Made by a program: the position numbers and the translations under genes. This document shows positions 8,445 to 16,514 of a stretch of 20,000 nt of DNA, piece by piece (position 1 is the first letter of the stretch; the number at the start of each line of letters is the position of its first letter). This DNA is from an uncultured virus (IMG/VR IMGVR_UViG_3300027833_000041) (lineage: Duplodnaviria; Heunggongvirae; Uroviricota; Caudoviricetes): IMG/VR virus record IMGVR_UViG_3300027833_000041, one strand, 5' to 3'. Under the pieces are notes generated by a model that searched no databases, had not been told where the DNA came from, and was given only the letters and a program-made list of their open reading frames with translations.

Positions 8445-9412
8445 TACCATATGTCTTCAAAATCTTCCCCTTCGTTAGCTTTAGAATAGTCTGTCGGTCT
8501 AATTGCAAAGAAATCAGTATGTGTTACACCACCTGTAAGATGGTAAAACCAATCTAGTTTCTTAGCCGATCCTTCCACGAAAGGAAAATAATTACCGAGA
8601 TCAATATAGCCAAGCTCAACAAGCTTTTCATTTGTTCTCTTTTTAATAAAATTCTTTAAATCTTCAGCAGCTATGCCTTCAATATCACCAGCCTCAAACA
8701 TTTTATCTATGTAATCTTCTTCAAGCTTTACCATAGTAGCCGCGGCATTAATAACATCTTCTCGACATTGCTCCATTAATTTAGCATCTTCTTCGCACAT
8801 ATGGCGAAACAGCTGGCATCCCATTTTACTGTGCAGCGATTCATCTCTTACGCTCCACTTCATCTGCTGGCCAATACCTTTAAGCAAATTGCGTAGTTGG
8901 AAAGAATACAACACAGCAAAAGCTGAGTACAGACTAACGCCTTCCGCAAACGCGCTGAATACAGCCAGTGATTTAGCTATGCCTAACTTATCTGTACCAT
9001 CGTATGCGACTAGATTATCAAACCTAGAGGCTGTTGCGGGCTCGTGTAAGAAGGCTTCATAATCTTCTAAGCCTAACGTCTCATTGAGGTAACTATAAGC
9101 TACCGCGTGGACTGTTTCTTGTGAGCCAAACATCATAGCCATCTGCTGTATTTCGTGCTTAGGGAACCAGCCAACAACTTTTTGTGTCCAGTAATCAGAC
9201 ACAGCGCACTCTGTCTGTGCAAAACCTAAAAGTATATTACCCACTAAGTTTTTTTCAGCGGGCGTAAGCTTCTCGTTCCAGTCTTTGATGTCGCTTTGCA
9301 TTGATATTTCAGTGTGCAACCAAAATGCTTGTGCTTGTTTTAACCAACCTTCCGTGTAATATTCTGGATATTCAAAAGGCTTGTAAGCTATTCGTTCATT
9401 AAACAACCCCAT
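8444..9412 (-). CDS. nrdB: Class I ribonucleotide reductase beta subunit
   Basis: Motifs YKPFEYP, AFW, AQTE (first metal ligand), ETVH...Y, AEGVSLYSAF, VRDESLH and C-terminal TDFF...DY. Confidence 0.95.
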   Translation of the reverse strand: MGLFNERIAYKPFEYPEYYTEGWLKQAQAFWLHTEISMQSDIKDWNEKLTPAEKNLVGNILLGFAQTECAVSDYWTQKVVGWFPKHEIQQMAMMFGSQETVHAVAYSYLNETLGLEDYEAFLHEPATASRFDNLVAYDGTDKLGIAKSLAVFSAFAEGVSLYSAFAVLYSFQLRNLLKGIGQQMKWSVRDESLHSKMGCQLFRHMCEEDAKLMEQCREDVINAAATMVKLEEDYIDKMFEAGDIEGIAAEDLKNFIKKRTNEKLVELGYIDLGNYFPFVEGSAKKLDWFYHLTGGVTHTDFFAIRPTDYSKANEGEDFEDIW

Positions 9413-9558
9413 TAGCCCTCAGTTTGAAATGCAATATCAAAAAACGGTAAGTAGAGCACGTGTGATGTCATGTCCTCTGCATAATAAGATCGGGCACCTA
9501 TTAAGACGCCTGGGTAAAAACCTATTGTGATAGCCCAGCCTTTATTGTTTTCGCTCAT
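9412..9558 (-). CDS. Small hypothetical protein (48 aa)
   Basis: Manually translated as MSENNKGWAITIGFYPGVLIGARSYYAEDMTSHVLYLPFFDIAFQTEG. Its stop overlaps the nrdB ATG (TAATG). Confidence 0.7.
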   Translation of the reverse strand: MSENNKGWAITIGFYPGVLIGARSYYAEDMTSHVLYLPFFDIAFQTEG

Positions 9559-9709
9559 ATTTGTTTATTTGCTCTATTAGTTCTTTATAAATTACTCTGC
9601 CGCGTACATTCCACGACCACTTAACCCATTTTTCTATCTTTCGCTCTGCGTACTTTTTCCTGGCGACTGCTTTTGTTTCTCCAGGATCAGTTGAATTGTT
9701 TCGTCGCAT
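9542..9709 (-). CDS. Small basic hypothetical protein (55 aa)
   Basis: Manually translated as MRRNNSTDPGETKAVARKKYAERKIEKWVKWSWNVRGRVIYKELIEQINKYERKQ. Fills the 9559-9633 gap and overlaps the endonuclease 3' end by 76 nt. Confidence 0.5.
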   Translation of the reverse strand: MRRNNSTDPGETKAVARKKYAERKIEKWVKWSWNVRGRVIYKELIEQINKYERKQ

Positions 9710-10116
9710 TCTTTCTGATTTTGTGGTTTATACAATGTGAACGGCTCTAGTTTGTTTTCAGCTATATATTTTTTAAAAAGCTTCCAGCGCATCGGAAATG
9801 ATTCGTTAGCTCTACCTTTAGTTTCAATAATAAAGTGCTTGCCTACGAAATCGGGGGTGTATTTAATATTGAGGATCTTTTTATTTCCTCTATTAGTAAA
9901 TTCGCCTTTACCGTTCCCCGTCCGCTCGTAACTTTCAAATGGGAAATCAAATGCTTGTTGCAATTCGAATGTTTCTCCTTCATATAACGCTGCTATTTTG
10001 GCTTTTCTTAAAGCCATGTACATATACTTTTCTAGCCCTGAGGCAAAGTTGATACCGTCATACGATACCTTCTTTGCTCTTACAGGTCCTTTCTTTCTAC
10101 TATATTTCTTTTTCAT
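9634..10116 (-). CDS. T7 endonuclease I-like Holliday junction resolvase
   Basis: Motifs FASGLE, YTPDF and IIETKG (PD-(D/E)xK). Start re-placed to ATG 10116 (MKKKYS), just after the upstream stop at 10118. Confidence 0.85.
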   Translation of the reverse strand: MKKKYSRKKGPVRAKKVSYDGINFASGLEKYMYMALRKAKIAALYEGETFELQQAFDFPFESYERTGNGKGEFTNRGNKKILNIKYTPDFVGKHFIIETKGRANESFPMRWKLFKKYIAENKLEPFTLYKPQNQKECDETIQLILEKQKQSPGKSTQSER

Positions 10117-10117
10117 A

Positions 10118-10363
10118 TTACTCCTCGGAGCTCGTTGCTTCATATTTTTCTTTAGCTTTTTGCAAATACAAGACGGCATCCATAAGTTCTTCTTGTAAAT
10201 GATTTAGCCAAGCGAGCATCTCACTAGGGTCATCTTCGAGAGTAACACCGTATTTTTCATAGCCGACATTTGAACGGCCTACAAACTTTTGGCAGACACG
10301 ACGCACAACAGGGTCGCGAAACTGCATTGGCACAATAGTGTCGTGTGATTTTATAGGTTTCAT
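10118..10363 (-). CDS. Small phage protein, possible all-alpha NTP pyrophosphatase (MazG-like)
   Basis: RSNVGYEKYGVTL...WLNHLQEELMDAVLY; the acidic EExxD helix resembles all-alpha NTP-PPase metal-binding helices. Confidence 0.55.
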   Translation of the reverse strand: MKPIKSHDTIVPMQFRDPVVRRVCQKFVGRSNVGYEKYGVTLEDDPSEMLAWLNHLQEELMDAVLYLQKAKEKYEATSSEE

Positions 10364-11196
10364 AGTGTATTGGTTTTAGATAGTAAGTAGTCAGAAAAAG
10401 AATTATTCTCTGGCATTGTTTGTTTTACAAACGACCCGTTAACCATAGAGCCACGTCTATTAGAAATCTCATCGTAAGCAGACTCAATGCAATCTTCAAT
10501 ACGGACGCCTCCAAGGTGGGCAAGGTTGGTGAGCACAACAACGCAATCGCCAATAGCATCAATAAACTCCTCGTTATCATTCCTAAGTACAGCTTGAGCA
10601 AGTTCTCCTGCTTCTTCATATAATTTAATTAATTGTGTTTTTGTATCGCCTTTGGTATATATACCGCGCTCGTCCGCCCATCTGCGAATGTCGCCGTATA
10701 TTGTATCGCCATGGTCTTCTTTTGAGTGCACAACACTATTGTGCCGCGCTTTGTCAAATTCAAACATGGCTTTATTATAAACATAACAGCGCTCTGAATT
10801 AAAGCGTGAGGTTAGTGCGTTGTCCACAATCCACTTTGATAATTCAACGTCTAATGTAACGCGATGGCCTAATGGTGTTACCCAGCTTAAGCCTAATTCA
10901 TCCATAAGTCGCCCTTTGAGTTTGTTTAATGGCACAGGGAATGTTGTTGTTTGATCGGTAATGTTTACTCTCATTTGTTTTGGTTTAAAAAGGTTTTTGT
11001 ATAATTCAGTGTCAACTCTATAGCCGTAAGACTTTTGAAGTTCTATCTCCAACTGTGATACCTCATCGATATCTTCACCCGTAAATAGAACTTCGTATTC
11101 GTCTGGAGCGTAGCCTTGCTGCTCCGTTACTCTCTTATTAAGATCACGTGTTACGCCTATTTTTTTACCAGGTATGTGATAAATATAGTATGTCAT
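10360..11196 (-). CDS. Fusion protein: N-terminal GIY-YIG-like domain plus C-terminal MazG-like NTP pyrophosphohydrolase
   Basis: N-terminal YYIYHIPGKKIGVTRDLNKR...LEIELQ. C-terminal IRRWADERGI...QLIKLYEEAGELAQAV...FIDAIGDCVVVLTNLA...CIESAYDEISNRRG matches the MazG EExxE...DxxxD pattern. Confidence 0.8.
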   Translation of the reverse strand: MTYYIYHIPGKKIGVTRDLNKRVTEQQGYAPDEYEVLFTGEDIDEVSQLEIELQKSYGYRVDTELYKNLFKPKQMRVNITDQTTTFPVPLNKLKGRLMDELGLSWVTPLGHRVTLDVELSKWIVDNALTSRFNSERCYVYNKAMFEFDKARHNSVVHSKEDHGDTIYGDIRRWADERGIYTKGDTKTQLIKLYEEAGELAQAVLRNDNEEFIDAIGDCVVVLTNLAHLGGVRIEDCIESAYDEISNRRGSMVNGSFVKQTMPENNSFSDYLLSKTNTL

Positions 11197-11202
11197 TTTG
11201 TC

Positions 11203-12027
11203 TTATTTGCCAACCGATAGCGGTGCTGGTATTGCAGGCTTAGGATTGTAGTTTTTAATAGCTATATCGCTGAACTCCGGGATGATCACCTCGTTGTGCA
11301 TTGTGCTATACATACCCTTGGCTAGTTCTAGTTCCGGCATATGCGGCGGCTGTACTCTAGCTAAGTATATTCTAGCTTGCTCTAAGTGATCGTTGTACAA
11401 ATGGCAATCGCCAAGTTGCGCAATTAGTTTACCAGGTTTTAAATTGTTGCCTTTGGCAATCATTTCAAGTAGCAGACCGTACATTGCGATGTCATAGGGT
11501 AAACCTAGGAATACATCCGCCGAGCGTTGCTGCCACATTAAATCTAGCTCGCCATCGTTTACATACAGCTGAAAGCCGTAATGACACGGAGGCAATACCA
11601 TATCTGGCATATCCGCGGGGTTCCAAGCATTAACTATCATACGGCGTGACGTAGGGTTGTTGCGTACGTCGTCCAATACATTAAACAATTGGTCGACACC
11701 GTTAAAGTCGCGCCATTGTTTGCCATATACAGGCCCTAGAGTCTCATCAGAGCGTCCTGAGCGATCGTAATCTGCATTCCAGTATGTAACGCCGTTATCA
11801 CGAAGATATTGCATGTCAGTGCGTCCGTTTGCAATCCACAGTAACTCGTGAACAGCCATCTTGTGGTACACGCGTTTGTTGGTTAACAAGGGAAAGCCTT
11901 CACTCATGTCGTGTATTAGCATCCTGCCAAATACAGAGCGCGTACCAGTACCTGTGCGATCGTCTTTCTTCTTAGCTAATAGCAGCTCTTGGATTAACGC
12001 TTTATACTGATTTTCGATGTTTGTCAT
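11203..12027 (-). CDS. thyA: Thymidylate synthase-family enzyme with Asn177->Asp (possible dCMP methyl/hydroxymethyl-transferase)
   Basis: Motifs DRTGTGT, GFPLLTNK, ELLW, LGPVYGKQWR, SRRMIVNAWNP, LPPCH (catalytic Cys), QRSADVFLGLPYDI and GDCHLY. Start re-placed to ATG 12027 (MTNIENQY). Confidence 0.9.
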   Translation of the reverse strand: MTNIENQYKALIQELLLAKKKDDRTGTGTRSVFGRMLIHDMSEGFPLLTNKRVYHKMAVHELLWIANGRTDMQYLRDNGVTYWNADYDRSGRSDETLGPVYGKQWRDFNGVDQLFNVLDDVRNNPTSRRMIVNAWNPADMPDMVLPPCHYGFQLYVNDGELDLMWQQRSADVFLGLPYDIAMYGLLLEMIAKGNNLKPGKLIAQLGDCHLYNDHLEQARIYLARVQPPHMPELELAKGMYSTMHNEVIIPEFSDIAIKNYNPKPAIPAPLSVGK

Positions 12028-12283
12028 AATAATATTTGTAGTATTTGTAAATTTGTGGCCATAGCTCTTTAGCGTCAAACGTATTTGGGCTTCGGCTTAA
12101 GCGGCCTTGAATAATAATGTCAATATAAAAGTTCTGCGGGTTTGTTTTCACTTTATCCGCAGCTAATGGCGCAACAACTATTTTGTTTTTCAAGCACCAC
12201 ACCATTGCCTCATACTCTTCTGGTGTGCGATAATAACTGCCAAAGTTTGTTTTCTTGCCTTTAGATTTGTTACCGCTACCCAT
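12002..12283 (-). CDS. Hypothetical protein
   Basis: 93 aa, coupled to the primase-helicase stop (TAATG at 12283); overlaps the thyA-like start. Confidence 0.7.
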   Translation of the reverse strand: MGSGNKSKGKKTNFGSYYRTPEEYEAMVWCLKNKIVVAPLAADKVKTNPQNFYIDIIIQGRLSRSPNTFDAKELWPQIYKYYKYYYDKHRKSV

Positions 12284-13992
12284 TATTCCCAGGGCATTTT
12301 AGCATCGAGTAAGTCTGCAGGGTTATCTATAGACAAATAGTCACCAGAGTCTGGCTGCCATTTGAAATGCGCCTCCGCGCCATTCTCCCCAAGGTTTTGA
12401 AACTTAACCTTGAGCACTTTAGCTTTAACGGTCTTTGCTTCATAGTCTCTATGAATAAGCAAACCGTGGTAAGAGGCATCGTACCACTCACCACCACCTT
12501 TAATATTGTACATAGTTGGCTCCTCAATCTTACCATTTGCATCCTTATACATTTTAGTAGGGTGCGCAACAACAATAACAAGCACGTCGTACTTTTTAGC
12601 AAACGTTTCTATTTTCTGCAGATACTCAAGAGTATATACATTAACATCACCTGACTGGTCGTTCGATCTTACTTTATTAAACGGGTCAATAACCAAGCAC
12701 TTAATCCCTTTGCGCTTTACTAGCTCAGCACCTTTCTTTAACACTGCTTCAAGCGTGTAGCGCTCCATATCTATATGGAAGAAGTTAGTATTGCAGTGAT
12801 CGGCTATTTGGTTCCATCTATCGCTGTATATATCAGCAGCGGTTGGCATTCCACCCCAGCATTTACGCATTAGCTTGTGAGCATGCAAATACGTCGGTTG
12901 GTTTTCTGGTGAGGCAAATGCTGTTTTCCATTCATAATTGCGGTTGTAACCAACAACCATTCGGTCTACAAAATCTGACTTGCCACTGGAAGGTATGCCC
13001 GTAACAGTAATAAACTGCCCAGTGTAAGTGCTGAAGATATCATCGAAGTTGCTAAGGCCAACTTGAAAACCGGGCTTGAAGCCATTGCGAACGAAGTCCG
13101 TGATTTCGTCTTCGATGTCACGGAAGGTTGTGACGTTTTCAAGCGGAACGGGCTTTGCATTCGTAATTCTAGATACGAGTTTTTCTGGTCCATGCTTTAT
13201 TAAATATTCATTAGCGTCCTTACAATCGTCAAACGTAGCTAAAAAACAAACTTCAGAGCCTAATCTACGAATAAGCTCGGTTTGTAGTGCAATTCCTGCT
13301 TCGTCTGAGTCGGTAGCAAGTATGATTTTCTCCTTATCTTCGAAGTAATCAATACAAGCATCTAAGTAATCTAAATTGTTAGTATTAAGTGTAGCGCCAT
13401 TAGGCACTGATATTACATTGCTAATACCAGCTTCGTGCAACGCTAACACATCCATTTCTCCTTCTACAAGGATACAATACTCGTAACCTACAATACTATC
13501 TATATTGTAAAATACTTTCTCAGCACCCTTATATAATTTAAAGTTCTTTCTCCCATCACGATACTTAACATTGATTAAGTCGTCGCCCATGAAATAATTG
13601 AACTTTATAACATTCTCGGCTTTACCGGTCTGTGGCATATATTCACTGCCTTCAGTAACACGTAGCTCGTGTAACGTTTTGCGGGATATACCCCTTGTCT
13701 TAAACCACTCTTCTACTTTCGTACCAACCTCCTGAACAACAAAGGTTTCAGGTTTGACATATGTCTTTTCTGATTTGCCTTTGCGTTCATAGGTGTGTAA
13801 CTGAAATGATTTATCACAGTTGTGACAAGTACCGAGACCACGTTCCCAATCATAAGAAGCGCATTTTTGCTTCTGATTTTCAGGTTTTCTTGTAGAAGAA
13901 CACAGAGGACAAGTCCCCTGCGTTTTACCTTCATCAAGACCATGTTGATTGAACGTGTCAATCACAAATCCATTGATCTCTACTGTCTGCAT
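12283..13992 (-). CDS. T7 gp4/Twinkle-like DNA primase-helicase
   Basis: Zn finger CPLC...CHNC; TOPRIM motifs VEGEMD, SVPNGA, DSDEAG, KDANE; SF4 helicase Walker A TGIPSSGKS, LVIDP, VVAHP. Confidence 0.95.
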   Translation of the reverse strand: MQTVEINGFVIDTFNQHGLDEGKTQGTCPLCSSTRKPENQKQKCASYDWERGLGTCHNCDKSFQLHTYERKGKSEKTYVKPETFVVQEVGTKVEEWFKTRGISRKTLHELRVTEGSEYMPQTGKAENVIKFNYFMGDDLINVKYRDGRKNFKLYKGAEKVFYNIDSIVGYEYCILVEGEMDVLALHEAGISNVISVPNGATLNTNNLDYLDACIDYFEDKEKIILATDSDEAGIALQTELIRRLGSEVCFLATFDDCKDANEYLIKHGPEKLVSRITNAKPVPLENVTTFRDIEDEITDFVRNGFKPGFQVGLSNFDDIFSTYTGQFITVTGIPSSGKSDFVDRMVVGYNRNYEWKTAFASPENQPTYLHAHKLMRKCWGGMPTAADIYSDRWNQIADHCNTNFFHIDMERYTLEAVLKKGAELVKRKGIKCLVIDPFNKVRSNDQSGDVNVYTLEYLQKIETFAKKYDVLVIVVAHPTKMYKDANGKIEEPTMYNIKGGGEWYDASYHGLLIHRDYEAKTVKAKVLKVKFQNLGENGAEAHFKWQPDSGDYLSIDNPADLLDAKMPWE

Positions 13993-14019
13993 TATATTAA
14001 ATTGCGGATTTAATTAATA

Positions 14020-14088
14020 TTAGTCCTCTACTGAGGTTACGTTGCCATCTTTATCGTACGAAATGTTTACAAAATCTTCTTCGTACAT
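14020..14088 (-). CDS. Acidic micro-ORF (22 aa)
   Basis: MYEEDFVNISYDKDGNVTSVED. ATG lies 4 nt after the SSB stop, and the ORF fills the SSB-primase gap. Confidence 0.45.
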   Translation of the reverse strand: MYEEDFVNISYDKDGNVTSVED

Positions 14089-14092
14089 ATGA

Positions 14093-14413
14093 TTAAAATG
14101 GTAGATCATCAACAGCTGCCGCTTGCGGTGGAGGTGGCGGTGCCATTCCCCCTGGTTGATCAGTTCTAGGCGCGGCGTCTACGTTTTGGCCGTTTGACCA
14201 TACAACTTTAGCATTACCTAAATAAACCTTCGGCATTTTAGCCTCGCGTTCTTCTTTAGACTGCTCGATGATTAGCGGTCCTTGATTACCAAACTGGTCA
14301 ACTTCATCGTTGAGCGTAATGGTTAGTGGTAAATACTTACCTTTCTTGCCTTCGATGATCTTTGATTTGTCGATCATGTTGAGGTTGATGCTTGCTTTAA
14401 TAATTGATGCCAT
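14093..14413 (-). CDS. ssb: Single-stranded DNA-binding protein (phage type)
   Basis: Beta-rich N-terminal region, Pro-rich linker and acidic C-terminal DDLPF tail; lies next to the exonuclease, ERF and primase genes. Confidence 0.8.
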   Translation of the reverse strand: MASIIKASINLNMIDKSKIIEGKKGKYLPLTITLNDEVDQFGNQGPLIIEQSKEEREAKMPKVYLGNAKVVWSNGQNVDAAPRTDQPGGMAPPPPPQAAAVDDLPF

Positions 14414-14415
14414 AC

Positions 14416-15147
14416 TTATAATGTTTGGTTAATAAAATAGTTTCTTGGTTCAAATTCTGGGTTGTCATAAAATAACTTGTAAGCTTCAATAGCACGTTCG
14501 ACTTTCTCTTTGCCACGCTCAATGAACTGCGGTGAGCAATCGAATATACCTATTTGGTGCGTCTTCTTATCAATCGCAACGAAGACCATATCGTAACCGA
14601 ATATCTTTTGGTAGATATACGCTTGGCTGTCGTAGTTGTACTTCGAAGCCGACCATCTGAAGTCGTCCAGCTTAGCTGTTGTCTTCAAGTCAACGATTAG
14701 TCCGTCGTCACGGTTGATAATATCCGCTTTGCCTTTCCAAGCAATACCGTCGATTTCTGTGATACCAGGTAACTCGTATTCACCATCGATCGGCCGGATC
14801 AAGCCTCGGCATACATCATTAGCGAGCACTTTGTCAATCATCACTTCAAGTTGGTCAACCTCATGTTGCAGCAAACACATTTCGCCGTTTGAGATTTCTT
14901 TATACTTTTTAGTGTTTCTTGTTGAAGACTCTATAATCTTGTATTTCTTAAGCTTGTTAGGTTCAAGAATGGCAGTGTGAAAATAACCACCAACCAAGAA
15001 CGCTGGTACTTGTTCTCTCGGTTTACCAAGAGCTAACGGATCTCGAAGCAACGTGGAGATGTCGCTGTTACTTAGGAATTTTTTACCAAAGTCCCCGTAG
15101 TAATGCTCGTCTTCACGTAGCTTGTCAATCGCTTCTTTGTCTATCAT
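14416..15147 (-). CDS. PD-(D/E)xK exonuclease, RecE/exonuclease VIII-like
   Basis: Motifs LSNSDI, G..FHTAILEP, KGKADII, IVDLKTT and YNYDSQAYIY. Confidence 0.85.
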   Translation of the reverse strand: MIDKEAIDKLREDEHYYGDFGKKFLSNSDISTLLRDPLALGKPREQVPAFLVGGYFHTAILEPNKLKKYKIIESSTRNTKKYKEISNGEMCLLQHEVDQLEVMIDKVLANDVCRGLIRPIDGEYELPGITEIDGIAWKGKADIINRDDGLIVDLKTTAKLDDFRWSASKYNYDSQAYIYQKIFGYDMVFVAIDKKTHQIGIFDCSPQFIERGKEKVERAIEAYKLFYDNPEFEPRNYFINQTL

Positions 15148-15686
15148 AATGTTGTTAATAGTTTTTCAACGTCAGGGGATAAGTCGTACTTTGCTTTGAT
15201 AGCTTCTAACTTACCCCCTCCTTTTACATACTCCATTGCCTTAGTGAATGCAGCATCCGATGATGAAGTTATCTTAGCTTTTGGTTTGGCAGCTTTGCCG
15301 TGGCTATTACCAGCGTCAGAGTCTTGTGTGTCGTCGATAAGGAATAGGTTGCCAAGGGCATACTTTTTCCCGTACGATGATGCTGAACCGAACTTTTGAG
15401 GCATTTGCATACCTTTCTGATCGAGGTCAACACCAACGACAGCTGTGGCGTGTATAGCACTTTCGCCGTCGGTCACCGTAGCTTTGCTCTCCACAATAGG
15501 GAAAGGCTCGGCTGCAATGATGGACTCACTGACTGTTACACTAACTCCTAACTCTAATAGATAGGGCTTTGTAGCTTCTAGGATATCTTCAGCACTACGA
15601 AAGTAGTACTTACCAAAGGAATTGTAACGCGACTTTTTGGATTTGAACTTGGTTTGAATAGTCGCAAGTTTCTCATTTAAGGTCAT
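15144..15686 (-). CDS. erf: ERF-family single-strand annealing protein
   Basis: Motifs FGKYYFRSAEDILEATKP and QKFGSASSYGKKYALGNLFLIDDTQDSD. Confidence 0.88.
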   Translation of the reverse strand: MTLNEKLATIQTKFKSKKSRYNSFGKYYFRSAEDILEATKPYLLELGVSVTVSESIIAAEPFPIVESKATVTDGESAIHATAVVGVDLDQKGMQMPQKFGSASSYGKKYALGNLFLIDDTQDSDAGNSHGKAAKPKAKITSSSDAAFTKAMEYVKGGGKLEAIKAKYDLSPDVEKLLTTL

Positions 15687-15758
15687 AAGGTATATGGTGT
15701 TTGTTATTAATATAATTACGCATGTTGTTACTGAGTTAATTAGTATTTAGTGCTTAAA
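15687..15758 (-). promoter_or_regulatory. AT-rich intergenic region, putative promoter for the recombination/replication genes
   Basis: On the - strand it reads ...CGTAATTATATTAATAAC... (15703-15720), similar to the motif upstream of the KTSC gene. Confidence 0.4.
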
Positions 15759-16514
15759 TTACAGAAAATCAAGCACTTGAGAAGAATCGGTGGATGCTAT
15801 CAACTTGTCAATAGCGTCCTTCTTTATTTGCGAAATACGCACATTAGCGGTAGCAACACTGATACCTACTTGACTAGCGATCTGCGACGCAGGTAATTTT
15901 TGGCTGTCCAATCCGTAAGATAAGCGTAATACATCATATTGTACCGGTGTTAAATGCTCGCGCATTAAACCTAGCAAGTATGAATTCATTATTGTAATAT
16001 TGTACGCTTCGTTTGTATCTGCAACCTGCATAAATGGATTATCCTCGTTGCTGAAGTGTGCATCGATGCTGGAGAACACGCTGTTAAAGAACAATGCAAC
16101 CATAGCGTCATCATCCGGGTTCTTGCGTATCTCATTTAGTTTATGCTCGGGGATGCGTACGTCGCCCCTATTAATATCAATAGCGCGGCGTATCGCTCCC
16201 TTTATTCTTTTAGATAGGAATGACTTAATTGTTTTTTCAGGGTCTTCAGAATCGAGTATCTTGTCCCAGCTAATTTTGTCGACAGCGGCAACTAAGCCGT
16301 AATTACCCTCCTGTATTAAATCATTTATGCTCATAACGCCGGACGCTTGGTCTGATGTAGAAAACTTTCTCGCTAAGTTCTCAACCAATGGCATAAACTG
16401 CGCTACAAGTTGATCGCGTGACATATCGCCCCACTCTAAATTTTCATTACGCAAGAGCACTGTTTCTAAATCAGTCTTGTATCTGACGTAATTTTGTATG
16501 TTGTATTTTTTCAT
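15759..16514 (-). CDS. Phage-encoded sigma-70-family RNA polymerase sigma factor
   Basis: Region 2-like LVAQFMPLVENLARKF...DLIQEGNYGLVAAVDK...IKGAIRRAI...VRIP; region 4-like LTPVQYDVLRLSYGL...QIASQVG...RISQIKKDAIDKL. Confidence 0.88.
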   Translation of the reverse strand: MKKYNIQNYVRYKTDLETVLLRNENLEWGDMSRDQLVAQFMPLVENLARKFSTSDQASGVMSINDLIQEGNYGLVAAVDKISWDKILDSEDPEKTIKSFLSKRIKGAIRRAIDINRGDVRIPEHKLNEIRKNPDDDAMVALFFNSVFSSIDAHFSNEDNPFMQVADTNEAYNITIMNSYLLGLMREHLTPVQYDVLRLSYGLDSQKLPASQIASQVGISVATANVRISQIKKDAIDKLIASTDSSQVLDFL

